Assembly (NCBI GenBank): GCA_964234715.1
Contig: OZ174281.1
From: Podarcis melisellensis
Taxonomy: Eukaryota
Direction: 5' to 3' (one strand)
DNA length: 64,000 nt
Numbering within the stretch: the first letter of the stretch is position 1; each line of letters opens with the position of its first letter. The notes below the pieces were generated by a model. That model was not told the DNA's origin. It was given only the letters and a program-made list of their open reading frames with translations, and ran no database searches. Made by a program: the position numbers and the translations under genes. Shown here piece after piece: positions 1 through 12,012 of this stretch.

Positions 1-165
1 TTTACTTCTAGAAGCATTTACTTCCGGGAAACTCAATACAGAAGCCATGTGGCACGTTCAACTTCGAAAAAGCGTTCGAAAACCAAAGCAGTTACTTCTG
101 GGTTTTTGGCATTCGAAAACCAAAACATTCAACTTCCAAGACGTTCGAAAACCAAGGTACCACTG
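1..165. mobile_element. Tc1/mariner (Tigger/pogo-like) MITE, right end only
   Basis: Ends in AGGTACCACTG followed by TA, the TIR shared with the complete copies below. Contains internal GTTCGAAAACC repeats. Confidence 0.75.
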
Positions 166-255
166 TACTTATTTCAAAGTATTAAGGGAAGTACAGTAAA
201 TGGGTGTACATGTTTTCACAGAAAGTATACAGAAAAATTGCCTAATGTTGGTCCT

Positions 256-750
256 GTGGGATAACCAGCTTCATATAACCAATATGCTTAAGTATAATTG
301 ATTACTTAAAACAATAAATAAGCTGTCCTGCCAGGCTTAGCTATGTCACTTCCCTTCACCTTGGGAGGAAATGGGCAATCAAGTGTTTCTGTTGGTCTAC
401 CTATGGATTTGGTATGTGAGGAAGTCTGAGCTGGTTACTCCAGCTCAGCCACATGGCTTTAACCAGTCTCTTTTGTTTCAGACAAGACTGGAGTCTGAAA
501 CTAACATTTTCCTATGCTAATATTTCAGGAAATTTAACCATTTTGTAACCAAGCTATGTTTTATTGCCTGTGCAACTTTTCTGACCGCTGAATGGAAAAG
601 CTCATGAATCTGACCTAAAGAGAGTTTGTAAGTAAACCATTTTATAACTTACTAAATGTGTGGTCTTTTTCTGTGCTAGGGAAAGTGAGGAACTCTGGAA
701 GAAGCTTTTAAAGGTGACATTCTGGAGGGGCACATTTTTAAAGTTTTTAC
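256..750 (+). mobile_element. possible degenerate solo LTR
   Basis: TG...CA bounded segment with an LTR-like layout. No target-site duplication (TSD) found and the boundaries are uncertain. Confidence 0.25.
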
Positions 751-3700
751 AGCCTATATTTCCACAATTTACTTCACTACCTGTTTTGCCATGTTAAATC
801 TTTGCCAGGGTTCTTTCACCAAAGGGCACTTGCCCCAAACTAGGATCTTTGCATTCAAGAATTACTACTTTTCATCAACATGTTCATTCAGATTTCTTCT
901 CCCTGCCCCACCCCCCACCAGCCCAGCCATCCTTCCATCACATCCTGCTACATACAGCAGTGGAAAGAGCTTGCTGGAGAAGCTAATGTATTAACATTGT
1001 GCAATGTATCATGCCAGCGGCTGTCAGAAATAATTTTTGTATGTCCAAAATGCACAATGATTCTGTCAACTGTTATGGAATAGTGCCTTAAGAATTCTGC
1101 TCTTTCCACCTTATCCAGTAATCTAGATGCATCTATTATCCAAGGGATGACCTCAAACTGCATTTTGAGACAACTAGCAATGACTCCAAAAAAAAGACTC
1201 TGAAAGGATACTTTCCAACACTGTCTACAAACCCCAGGCACGTTCTCCAAGGACTATACTATGGAGATGAGATCACAACATACTGAAAAGGAAGATGCAA
1301 GCAGGCATAATGAAGATGATCTCTCTGAAATTCCATCTTGGATCCCTTAAGACGCAGATATAAGCTGAGGTCTGAGCTAAACTCAAAGAGCAAATAGTTC
1401 CTATTCAAACAGATTGAAGGGTCAAAAGTATGCATTGCATTAAACTTATTTTTGAAGTTTGCTTAAGCTGACCTCTTCCTTTTGCTTTGAAAGAAAAACA
1501 GGTGTTCAGGACCCTGATGCAGATCATGGTCCCAGTTTGGATTGGGGGCCTGTAGTGGTTTCCTGCCAAAAAATCCAGCCTGGGTTGTTATTTGCCATGA
1601 AAAACAGACACAAGGGCAACAAGGACTTGAGTTGATGGAAGATGAACTCTAGATGAACTGGAGTCAGAAAATCTTTCTGGGAATCTGATGTTATTCAGTT
1701 ATATATATATTAGTTATTTATTTTTGTTCCACCTTTATCCCAAGCGTCTCAAGGAGGCATACACATGGTTCTCTTTTCCCATAACCTGGAAGATAAGAAA
1801 GACAGTAACTGGCCAAGGGTCACCCAGTGAACTTCATGTTGAACCTGGGTCTCTGCAATCCTACACTTAGATGTGATGCAGAGGTGTCTGTTTGCTTCCA
1901 ATATTCTCTGCTTATATATTTGCAAATAAAGCAAATATTACAAGGAGACTATACAACCCCAATGTGATCTTATCCTAAAGCATGAATTGGGAATGTTCTT
2001 CAGCTCAAGGGTCATATTCTTTTGTAGGCAACTATCTAGACATGACACACCAGTCGTGGGCATGGCCAGAGACAAATGCCTGACCCTTACTTTTGACTGT
2101 ATGTGATTCCTTTGACCAGTAGGCTACATTCCAGTCATGCAAAACTCTGGGGTTTACACACACACAGTTCAAGGGCACAGTGCAGTCAGGCAAAAGCACT
2201 CAAGGAGTGTGCAGAGGCATGTTGTTGAGGGGTGTGGTCTGGAAAGAAGAATGGCTTGGGAGAATTTCAAGCGGCAGATAAAGAGGCCTGAGATTCCCTA
2301 TTCCTGTGAGAAACCAGTACATGTAATAATTCTTTAATAAGTACTTTAATTGATTTATGGTATCCGTAATGCTTTATAAAACACCACCCATCTAGATAGT
2401 ATCTGTGACCTGCAAACCAGAAGAGCCAGAATATTTCCATTTATGCTCACGTGAACTCAGCTCAGTTCCAAACACTCTGGCTAAAGTGTTTTGTGAACAG
2501 AGTCGGCCTGGAAGCCTTAGCATTTTTTCTGTTTTTTTAAATAACAGATTTACAAATACTTTTAACCAATATTAACAAAGGCTCACTGTAGGGGAATACT
2601 ACTGCAGTATTTATTTTAAGAATAGATCATTCAACCTGCTGCTCTCCTTTTCTTAAAAAAAACTCCATATTTATTAGGATGCTTATATCTCTTAAAAGCT
2701 TTTTCTGAGAAAAAAAGTATTCCTGTATTTAATAACAATGAACTTTATTGCCCTTTGACATATCTAGGACTTAATTGGGATCAATTTCAATTGCAGTTTC
2801 TCCAAATATTTATGTAATGTAGGGTCCATATCCTCCAGAGAGCTTATAAAAATATCTACATTTCTCCATCTTCTCTCTCTTCAAAATCCAAAAGGAAAAA
2901 GACTCATTCCACACTTACTAGCTAACTACAGTTGTCCATAACTAACAAGATAAGAGGCTTCATTAGATTAAATGGTGTTTTCTCTCTCTCCGTTTTTCTT
3001 CAAGCTAGTACTACAAGGGAAAGTGTGGTTAAAAATGTAGCACATGCATAGTAGAGTGTATCTGAGTATTTAAAAGCCTCATACTGAACCAGTCATGTGA
3101 ATGTGAAACACTGGAATGGCAAAAGCAAACAAGATGCCAAATAATACAGTCTCTTGTGTTTGGTATGCTAGTGTGCCTTATTCAGCCTCGCCTGATGGTC
3201 AGAACTCAGCATTATAATTGCATTTAACCACGTGATAAAATGTAATTAACCGTCTTACTTAAGCAACTTTACCATATCTGTTACTTACCCATGTACAGCC
3301 AACAATTTCCTTCTTTTCTATTAAAAATAGATGTTTTAAGGGAGAGAATAATAAAGTTCCATTTTTGTGTGAGATCACCCTCTCCTCCCCACCCCCAACA
3401 CAAGGTCTTTTACTGTACTGCAACAGATTAAATAATTTTTCACTTTCACAAGGAGTGTTATTTTTCTTCTGCATACACAAAAAGGCCCAAAGTATCTTCA
3501 AGAGTCAATATTTAATCTCCACAATGACACACTCCCATTTATTCTGCATCCATTGAGCTTCCACCACTAGTTTGGGAAGCAGTGTGCACACAATATTAGC
3601 CACATCAATATCTACCCTTCTTCTTCTTATGAAATACTATGTTTTGATGAGTTTCTTCCCAACCAGCTTTGATCCAAATTGAGAAAAAGAAAGGCATACC

Positions 3701-6228
3701 TGCATTTTAAGCCAGTAATGTGCAAGCAGCCTAAATTTTGCACACCTTAAACAAATATTCTCCTTCACAAATGTTGGGTTCTTGATTAAAGTAGGTTTTT
3801 AAAAAATTACGGTAATCTTTCACACAAAACAAAATAATTACATGTTTCTTTCCTACTTTCAAAGCCCTACAGTTAACCATCTTTTTTCCATGTTTGGGTG
3901 TTAAATGTTCATCTAGCAAAACATTTCCTTTAAATTCAATTTGAATTCCTGGGGTAGCAAGCAATTACTCTTTTGAAAAGTAGGTCTTTCAATGAAAAGC
4001 TCTCAAGGAGCCACAAAGACTGCTGTACATCATATATAACCAGAGCTGTGTACTGTTTTGTGTAATATTGTACAAACAGATAAAATCCTCTTTGTTCAAG
4101 GCACTTTATATACCTTATGTTCCATGGCTTAAAATAAAATGCTGCTTCTTTTCTGATATCTTAATCTAAACAGTGTGAAAGACCATCTTCAGGCCTGTTG
4201 TATTGTTTGAACAGGCAAAAACCACCATTCCAGAAGAAACAGCAGTATAAATTTTAAACTGCTTTATCTCTTGTCATGAGCAATCCTAACTCTGTAACGG
4301 AGTATCCTGTAAGTACTGATAATAAGTAAAATAAATGTACAGCCAGCACATTTCAGCACTTGTAATTTGAGATGTGTGCATTAAACCAGAAAAACAGGAG
4401 ATGAGTAAAGTCTCCACAAAATGGGGGGGGGGTAAAGTCTCCACAAAATGGAGGAGCAGCTCACATGGAACCATTGGGGCATGTTTACAGAGAGGAGCTG
4501 CTAAGAAGTATATGTTGCTACAATGAAGAAATTTCTTAATTCCAAAATGCATTGGACAACATAAAACATTTTGACACTCTAATTCCCTTGTTCTCTCTGA
4601 GTTTTTCCTACATATTTGTCCACACCTGAACAATTATAAAGATCCACCCCGACAAGAATTTTAGTACAGTATTACAATCAGATGAGTATTTAATAATGGG
4701 TTAATAAAAACTAATAACCTTGAAAGAACACAAAACTTTTTTCTGGTACCCAAATAAGAAGACTATTTATTTAAAACAATTACATCCCACTTTTACACCA
4801 TTAAGGGTCCACAAGGCAGCTAAGAAAACTATAAAATGGTTTTCTCCAACCTGATGCTTTATTTTGCATTATAACTCCCATCATCCCCAGCTAGCATTAT
4901 CAATGGCCAGGAAGAAAACAATGGAACTTAATTCACGGTAGACATGTATAGTGTTGCACTGTGAATGAGTCAGAATTTAGCATTTGACCCCCATGTTTTT
5001 ACTATTATCCTAAGTCTTTACAGTTACTATGGATACTGTAAGAGAAAGAAACATCTTTAGGGAGACAAAGGTGAAGATGATATGTTTTTTTTAGGCAACA
5101 TTTAAGAAATCCTGTGTTTTGCTAAGCTGATCCAGGAAACAACAGAATGATTCATTTCTCTGGGTTATGTGTTATTTGGGAGATATTGTGACTGTCAGCA
5201 GTGAAGCTGAAGTTCTCTAGTATTCAGGAAATGACTGAAAATAATCCTAGATGGGAACTCTAGCTCCAGTAATGAAGCTATTTTGCAGAAAGAAATGAAA
5301 CAATGGGTTTTTTACTATTATTTAGCTCTGTTTGCATATAATGCAAAGCCAAACTATGCCTTAGCATGAACATACAAGCATGCAGGCTTCCAGTTCGGTC
5401 CTCCTTCAGTCTTGCTGTGCTGCAATGAGCTAAGCCATGGTTTGGCTTAGCATGTTGTCCTACCTTGGGCTTACAGTTTGCCTCATTCGAAACAAATCAA
5501 GGTGTGACCAAAATTTATTCTTGGGACATGAAGAACAACTCTATTTACTTGCTTCATCAAATCATTGTGATTGGAGTGACGGCAGAAAATAATTTACTGT
5601 CATTACAAGCAAGACCTGTCCATCAAAATGAAGGCTCCCTCCACTGTCCATCCCCTCCCCTCTCCAGCACTGAGCTCAGTCAGTTTGGTTTTATTTCTCA
5701 GAAAGGAAAGGGGAAGGGTTATTATGCATTTAACTTATTGGGGAAACTCAAGTTACAGAGTGACTCAGACACTTAGGGGGTCCCTGTTCTGCCTTTAGAT
5801 GCCTTGGTAATGGCACCATCGGACTAGGGAATGTGAGATCATGGTTCGCCTTGTTATTCTGGGTACACACCAGTTGATGCACAATCCTAGGTGGAGGTGC
5901 GCATCATAATGCTCCTACAAAGTTCACTGTTTCCACATCGGATCCCTAGAGGGCAAGCCTTAGATGCTTTAGCACTGCAAATAAGAGATAGAGGGCATGT
6001 GTGTAGCTATGATCACAGCTGGAATTTAGTTGGGAGGCTTTGCTACTGTAGCTTCCTACTCCCCATTATTCCCACCACACACAAAAATCTGAGTAACAAA
6101 GTTTACTTAAATGTGTCTGTGTAGTTAAATACAGATCAAAATGATATAATTATAATACAATATTCATTTATACTCTTATAACAATTTTTTCAGAATTTAA
6201 TTAATATTATCAATGTTTTATAGATTTC

Positions 6229-6735
6229 CATAACATAGAATCATAGAATTGTAGAGCTGGAAGGGATCCCAAGAGTCATCTAGTCCAACCCCCTGCAATG
6301 CAGGAAGTTCAAGTACAACATCCGTGGCAGATGGCCATCCAACCTCTGCTTAAAAACCTCCAAGGAAGGAGACTCCACCGCCTTCCAAGGGAGTTTGTTC
6401 CCCTATCAAACAGCTCTTCCTGTCAGAAAGTCCTTCCTGATGTTTAGTCAGAATCGCCTTGTAACTTGAAGCCATTGGTTCGGGTCCTACCCTCTGAAGC
6501 ATGAGAAAACAAGCTTGCTCCAACCTCCATACTACAGCCCGTGAGATATTTGAACATGGTTATCCTATCTTCTCTCAGTCTCCTCTGTCCCAGGCTAAGC
6601 ATATGCCATTTCCTCAACTATTTCTCATAAGGCTTGGTTACCAGATCCTTCATCATTTTGGTCACCCTCCTCTGTGCATGTTCCAGCTTGTCAATATCTT
6701 TCTTAAACTCTGGTGCCCCAAACTGGATGTGGTAC
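6229..6735 (-). mobile_element. CR1 LINE 3' fragment
   Basis: CATAGAAT repeats (reverse complement of the CR1 ATTCTATG tail), then TAGTCCAACCCCCTGCAATGCAGG and continuing CR1 ORF2 3' sequence. Confidence 0.85.
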
Positions 6736-7284
6736 AGTTTCATTTAATACTAAAACGCAAATAAGGGGAGAAAAAAACCTGCATATCCAGGTTGGGGAGC
6801 CCATTTCAACCTAAGGGCTGTATTCATACCTGGCCAACCAGCTGATGGCAAAATGGTGGGGGGGCAGAGGCAAAGAGGGCAGGGCTAAAGAGAAACATGC
6901 ACAATAAATTTCTTAGCTTTGATACAAATCACTTCATGTAGCATCCAGCTCTCCTTATAGCCATCCTTATCCTTCAGACATAATCTCTTTCTTGTTTGAT
7001 GATTCTTTTCCTTTGTGAGTCTTGCCAAGTCTGGTTGCACTGATGTTAATGCCACTCTCTCAGTTGTCATCTGACAATCTGGCACCAAGATGGTTCTTGG
7101 CCTGGACCAGCTTTGAAAGAATGCTTTGCAGCAGTAGGTCACTCCAAACAGGGATGCTATTCTTAGTGCTTGTTTCCTGAGTGCAGAAAATTTCTCCTGA
7201 GATGTACAGTTTGTAGAATTCCAGTACATTTATGTTATATTTGACCTATAGTTCAGTGTTCTATTAGCTCAAGCAGAAATTTTT

Positions 7285-7392
7285 CATCTGCTTTAACAAT
7301 GAATGGCCATCTGTCACGGATAATCTAGTTAAGATTCCTTAACTTAAGGGTGTTGGACTAGATGACCCTTAGGGAAGCTTCCAACTCTATGT
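7285..7392 (+). mobile_element. CR1 3' end fragment
   Basis: GGCCATCTGTCA...GTTGGACTAGATGACCCTT...TTCCAACTCTATG, the CR1 terminal hairpin motif. Confidence 0.7.
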
Positions 7393-8395
7393 CTTTTCAA
7401 AGAGGTTTCATAATATTCATTAAAACATTCACTAAGTTTCTCCAGCAAATTTGCACACCGAGTGCATAATGTGCTGTTGATTTTAGTTTTTGCTTAGCAA
7501 GAGTGAAGAAGTGTCTACACTCTGGATGGTATTCAACTAAGTTTTACTCAGAGTAGTCCCATTGAAGTTAATAAACATTACTTGGGCTACAGTCCAACCC
7601 CTAGATCTACCAGGACTAGCAAGTTAGAATGTGACTGATCTTTCCATATTTAGGATTTCTTCCTAATTTAGGTTCATTAATTTCAATGGGTCTTCTCTGC
7701 ATAAGACTCAGTTGAATTCAACCCAGAGAAATAATACAATTTCTTGCTTTTCAGAATTCAGTTCTACATCTTTCTTGAACTTCAGCAATTTGCCACCTGA
7801 GATAAAAATTTAGAAAGAATACAACCTTACCAGATACTTTATTAGTAGTTTCCTGCTAAGCACTGCAAATAGCCTCTCAGAGTACTTGTTGATTCTGCTC
7901 TTGCTCCAAGCTGAAGTGCTTTGGTGCAGAACACATAAAGTGGAATTAAGCAGTTTTAAAACTCACAAGAGAGTCAGTTTCATATTTAATTTAAAATATG
8001 ACTTTGCAGTACACTAAAGTCTATGTTAGAGGAAGCCTGCAAAGAGCTGCATAACAATACTTTTTTCGGCAAAATCAAGGTAGTACCAAAATACAATTCA
8101 TCTAAAGTAAGGAAAAACAACACCAAAGGTACACATATCAGTACAAAAACAGATTTTCTGGATCCTAATTTGCTATGATCTCTGAGACCACACACAATAT
8201 TAAATCTGGATTCCATTTGTTCAGCATTAATACAGAAGGCTCAGCCTTCTCCCCCACTGTGGTTCTTGCTTATCCAGCCAATATTCAGATGGCTTCTCCC
8301 TGAATAGCAGAAAATAGAGTCAAACTTCACAACTTTTTCATGACAAAATAAATTCCTTCGAGTAGCACCTTAAAGACCAACTAAGTTAGTTCTTG

Positions 8396-8433
8396 GTATG
8401 AGCTTTCGTGTGCATGCACACTTCTTCAGATAC
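8396..8433 (-). ncRNA. minimal type-I hammerhead ribozyme motif (PLE-associated)
   Basis: Minus strand reads GUAU-CUGAAGA-A-GUGUGCAUGCACAC-GAAA-GC-UC-AUAC: stem I GUAU/AUAC, catalytic core CUGANGA and GAAA, 5-bp stem II, palindromic AGCU stem III, CUC triplet. Confidence 0.75.
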
Positions 8434-8447
8434 ACGTATCTGAAGAA

Positions 8448-8485
8448 GTATCTGAAGAAGTGTGCATGCACACGAAAGCTCATAC
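8448..8485 (+). ncRNA. minimal type-I hammerhead ribozyme motif (PLE-associated)
   Basis: Same 38-nt motif on the plus strand. Predicted cleavage is 3' of C8481. Confidence 0.75.
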
Positions 8486-9073
8486 CAAGAACTAACTTAG
8501 TTGGTCTTTAAGGTGCTACTCGAAGGAATTTTTTTTGTTTTGACTATGGCAGACCAACACGGCTACCTATCTGTAACTGGAACTTTTTCATGGTGTAAGG
8601 AAGATTTGATACCCCAACTTCTAGAACACCCATACTAATTGTACTTTGGTGTTTTGCTTTATTTTTAAAATAAAACTTTTCAAATGACACAGAAACATTT
8701 CCCCCCACAGATAACTTGATACTAAGTTAAATGTTTTGGTTTGACTAATGGTAATATGTGTATATCATATTATGTATTATATTATCTGAACATATGGCTC
8801 TGGAAGCATTCCTGCCCTCCTTCCCAAACCCCTTAAGCAAGGTACATTGTTTACTGGACTCTGGGAAGGACGTGCAGGGCTTCCCAGTGCCTCCCACACA
8901 CCCCCAGAGGCTAGGAAGCAAAGAAAGCTCACTAGGTGGGTGGGTGGAATAAGTAAATGAATGGAGAGACGGGAAAGGAGAATTTCCCTTTATTTATTTA
9001 TTCCTCCCCCACCCATGTAAGGTTGTGATTGTGTATGCAAAGTGAGCGTAAGTTGCAGGCCCAGTGTACAATA

Positions 9074-9299
9074 CAGTGATACCTCAGGTTACAAACACTT
9101 TGGGTTACAGACTCCGCTAACCCAGAAGTAGTACCTCCGGTTAAGAACTTTGCCCCATGATGAGAACAGAAATCACACAGCGGTGGCGCGGCAGCAGCGG
9201 GAGTCCCCATTAGCTAAAGTGGTACCTTAGGTTAAGAACAGTTTCAGGTTAACAACGGACCTCCAGAACGAATTAAGTTCTTAACCAGAGGTACCACTG
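9074..9299. mobile_element. Tc1/mariner (Tigger/pogo-like) MITE
   Basis: TIRs CAGTGATACCTC...GAGGTACCACTG with TA on both sides. Confidence 0.85.
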
Positions 9300-9458
9300 T
9301 AAATTGTTTGCCTGAGGCTGAGTGGAGGCTGCTACAACTGCTGCCTGATCAGACAAGACAAAAGTGGCAACAAATCTATCATTTAATGGCAAAAGTATTT
9401 CTGGGGAAACTGTAACACACAGTCTTGATAGATTAAAAGTGCACACTTCTTCAGATAC

Positions 9459-9491
9459 ACTGAAACAGAAGTCACCAGACCCTTCTATATA
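9459..9491 (-). promoter_or_regulatory. putative TATA + Inr core promoter of the PLE pseudo-LTR
   Basis: Minus-strand TATATAG starts at 9491. The Inr-like TCAGT has its A at 9461, exactly 30 nt downstream and directly before hammerhead stem I. Confidence 0.45.
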
Positions 9492-9549
9492 GTGAGAAGG
9501 TGGGGTATTACTCAGAAGGGTGGTGGGAATGGGTGATCTGCCAATCAGT

Positions 9550-9587
9550 GTATCTGAAGAAGTGTGCATGCACACGAAAGCTCATAC
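9550..9587 (+). ncRNA. minimal type-I hammerhead ribozyme motif (PLE-associated)
   Basis: Identical 38-nt motif GTATCTGAAGAAGTGTGCATGCACACGAAAGCTCATAC. Confidence 0.75.
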
Positions 9588-9684
9588 CAAGAACTAACTT
9601 AGTTGGTCTTTAAGGTGCTACTGGAAGGAATTTTTTTTTGTTTTGAACAAAACTAAGTTGCTGAACCTCTCCCCCCCCCCCCAT

Positions 9685-10030
9685 TTTCATACCCTACAAC
9701 ATTTATCCAATGAAAATAGGGACATCCCATTCCATAATGATAATTTTACTATTTTTACCCTACACATCTTACTGGGTTGCCCCAGCCACTCTTGGCAGCT
9801 TCCAACATATATAAAACATAATAAAACATTAAACATTAAAACACTTCCCTATACAGTATTGCCTTCAGGCGGCTCAGGGTGCAGATAACTTCACACCCTC
9901 CAAGATTTCTTCAGTGAAAACAGGGACATCCTAAGGAAAAGTGGGACATTCCAGGATCAAATCAGAAGCTGGGACGGCTTTTTTAAATCAGGGATGTCCC
10001 TGGAAAATAGGTGCACTTGGAGGGTCTGCA
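9685..10030. mobile_element. unclassified lizard interspersed repeat (MITE-like with a LINE-tail insert)
   Basis: Shares about 220 bp with 13220-13455 (TTCCCTATAC...CCTAAGGAAAAGTGGGACATTCC.GGATCAAATCAGA...CCCTGGAAAATAGG). Ends CATACCCT.../...GAGGGTCTG are inverted. Confidence 0.6.
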
Positions 10031-11844
10031 GTTGTATTTATGTCTTTGCATTCATTATTTGGAGAACCTGGGAGAGATTGATTGGGAACTCTATAATGTT
10101 ACACTATACCCCTTTTAGATTGTGATGACTCTTAACACAGGTGAGTCAAAAGCCCTTTGCCACTTCTATATGTTTGATCAACTACATGTTTGATCAACTT
10201 GCCAAACCAGAGAAGGCGAAGGGAGATTCATGGTTGGATCTCCCAATATTTCTGAAAGACAGATAGTATGGAGGCAGAAAATTGGATCATGTCAACTACA
10301 CTGGGGGGGGGGGTAATCATGCCATACAACTACCTGTGTGTTTTTACAGAGCTTCTCACAAAAGGCTCCTGAGTATTTTGATCAGGCATGGAATAAGTGG
10401 GCAACATCTTACTGATTAATATATCGTTAAACAGCAGGAAATAGTATCAAATCTGGGTGAGAAACCTATGGTGTGCAGGTGTTGATAGATTTTAATGCTA
10501 TCTTCCATGGCCTCTGTGGCAGGAGCTGATAGGAATTTGGAGTCTGGTGAGCTACAGTTTTAGCTACCCTGGCTTAAACAAAAAGTTCTCACAGTAGTGG
10601 AGTGGTTTAGGAAGTGGGGCAAATCTCTCTTCAGATATTCTGACTCAGATCTGACTCAGTGGGTAACATCAGATTTTAACAGGACACAGCAGTGGAACAA
10701 CAAAAGCAAAAGTGTGGATGGGCCCTGAAGGAAGTGGTGTACCCTGATAATCTAGTGCTATTTAACTTGGGACTGGTGTTACTGTACTTTTTAAAATTAT
10801 TTTTATACATGCTATTGTTTTAACTGTTTGATATATGTTGTACCTTCTTTCTAGGCATCTTGAAGCTGTTATATCTTGCCATCCTCCCAAAAGCTAGACT
10901 GCTAATGAAAGTTATATTGACTGCTTATGGATTTATATTTTTAATCACTAGTGTGGGACACAGCAGTTCCAAAATTATCTTCTCTGTATTGTGATTCATT
11001 TGTTTTAAAGGGGGACAGCTCCAAAACTTCAGTTTCCAGGATCATTTTGATGAAATGGGATGCCTCTTGCCCAAACAAGCGGAAAGTGTTGTAGGTGTGT
11101 TCTATAAGAAATTGGGTAGACAAACAGATCTTTCAAAAACCATCTAGGAAATTCTACTACTAATGGGACAAGGCAGCTCCAAACAATGTTAATGCATGCA
11201 GCCTGATCCTGATGACTGCTTTTCAAAACCTCAAGATAATAAAGTATATCCATGGCTAAGCTAAGGATATACTTTATCAGCTGAGAGTGTCAGCTGAGTC
11301 AGCAAGAAATAATCCCACACACATCTCATCTACCTGCAGAGCTTATTGCAACTGCCTGAAATTCAGTCTCTATATTAATGTAAAAATAATGAAATTTGAT
11401 TGACCTTATTCAGGGCAGTAATGCACTTCCTATTAGAGAACCACATCCTTTTGAGAATTTGTATTTCTACCACATAGGTCTTATGCTGCAAAGATAGTTT
11501 TTTATTATGCTTGTGTTAGCTACAAAGCCCCATGATACTGTATCAGAACAAATGCTATTGCTACTCAGAGAAGACCCATTGATGTTAATGTACAATACTA
11601 ACTTAGGTTCTTTAATTTTAGTGGGTCTTCTCTGAGTAGGAGTAGGGAGTTGGATACAACCCAAAGTCAGATTTCATCAAATATATTTTGCTCTTTAACA
11701 GTCACATAAATTAGATATTGTTAAATATTTTATAACCCATCCAAGCAATGGTTATCATGAGGTTATTTGTTCAATATTAAAAGTCCTAATGCAAAACTGA
11801 ATGTATGAAGCTGATTTATATGGAGTTAGGATGGACACACCCAT

Positions 11845-12012
11845 AGATTTAAAGCACACCCAGTGCACATTTAAAACACAAAACTTTCCACATCAGGAAT
11901 CTTGGGAACTAAAGTTTGTTAAGGGTGCTCTGTGAGGAGGAAACTACAGTCCCCTGTATTCTTTGCAAAAAAACATATGCTTTAAATGTGTGTATTTGGT
12001 GTGATTTAAATC
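11845..12012. mobile_element. old palindromic MITE
   Basis: Inverted ends AGATTTAAA..CAC / GTG..TTTAAATCT and nested CACATTTAAA / TTTAAATGTG. Confidence 0.5.

Larger units (their letters stand above)
8343..8580 (+). mobile_element. Penelope-like element (PLE) pseudo-LTR fold-back insertion, copy A
   Basis: Perfect inverted arms of about 83 bp (8351-8433 vs 8448-8530). The right arm continues into the tail GACTATGGCAGACCAACACGGCTACC. 12-bp TSD AACTTTTTCATG at 8331-8342 and 8581-8592. Confidence 0.8.
9440..9645 (+). mobile_element. Penelope-like pseudo-LTR fold-back insertion, copy B
   Basis: The plus arm 9545-9645 is near identical to the copy A right arm. The inverted partial arm 9440-9544 includes upstream pseudo-LTR sequence. 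Confidence 0.75.

Noticed and set aside
948-1250. 100-aa minus-strand ORF with faint transposase or LINE-like words (TVDRII, WHDTL)
   Set aside because: The matches are too short and point to different families, so no call can be supported.
7700-7900. Minus-strand donor (CTG|GTAAGG) and acceptor (TTTTATCTCAG) suggesting two exons
   Set aside because: The implied intron is only about 35 nt, too short for a vertebrate spliceosomal intron.
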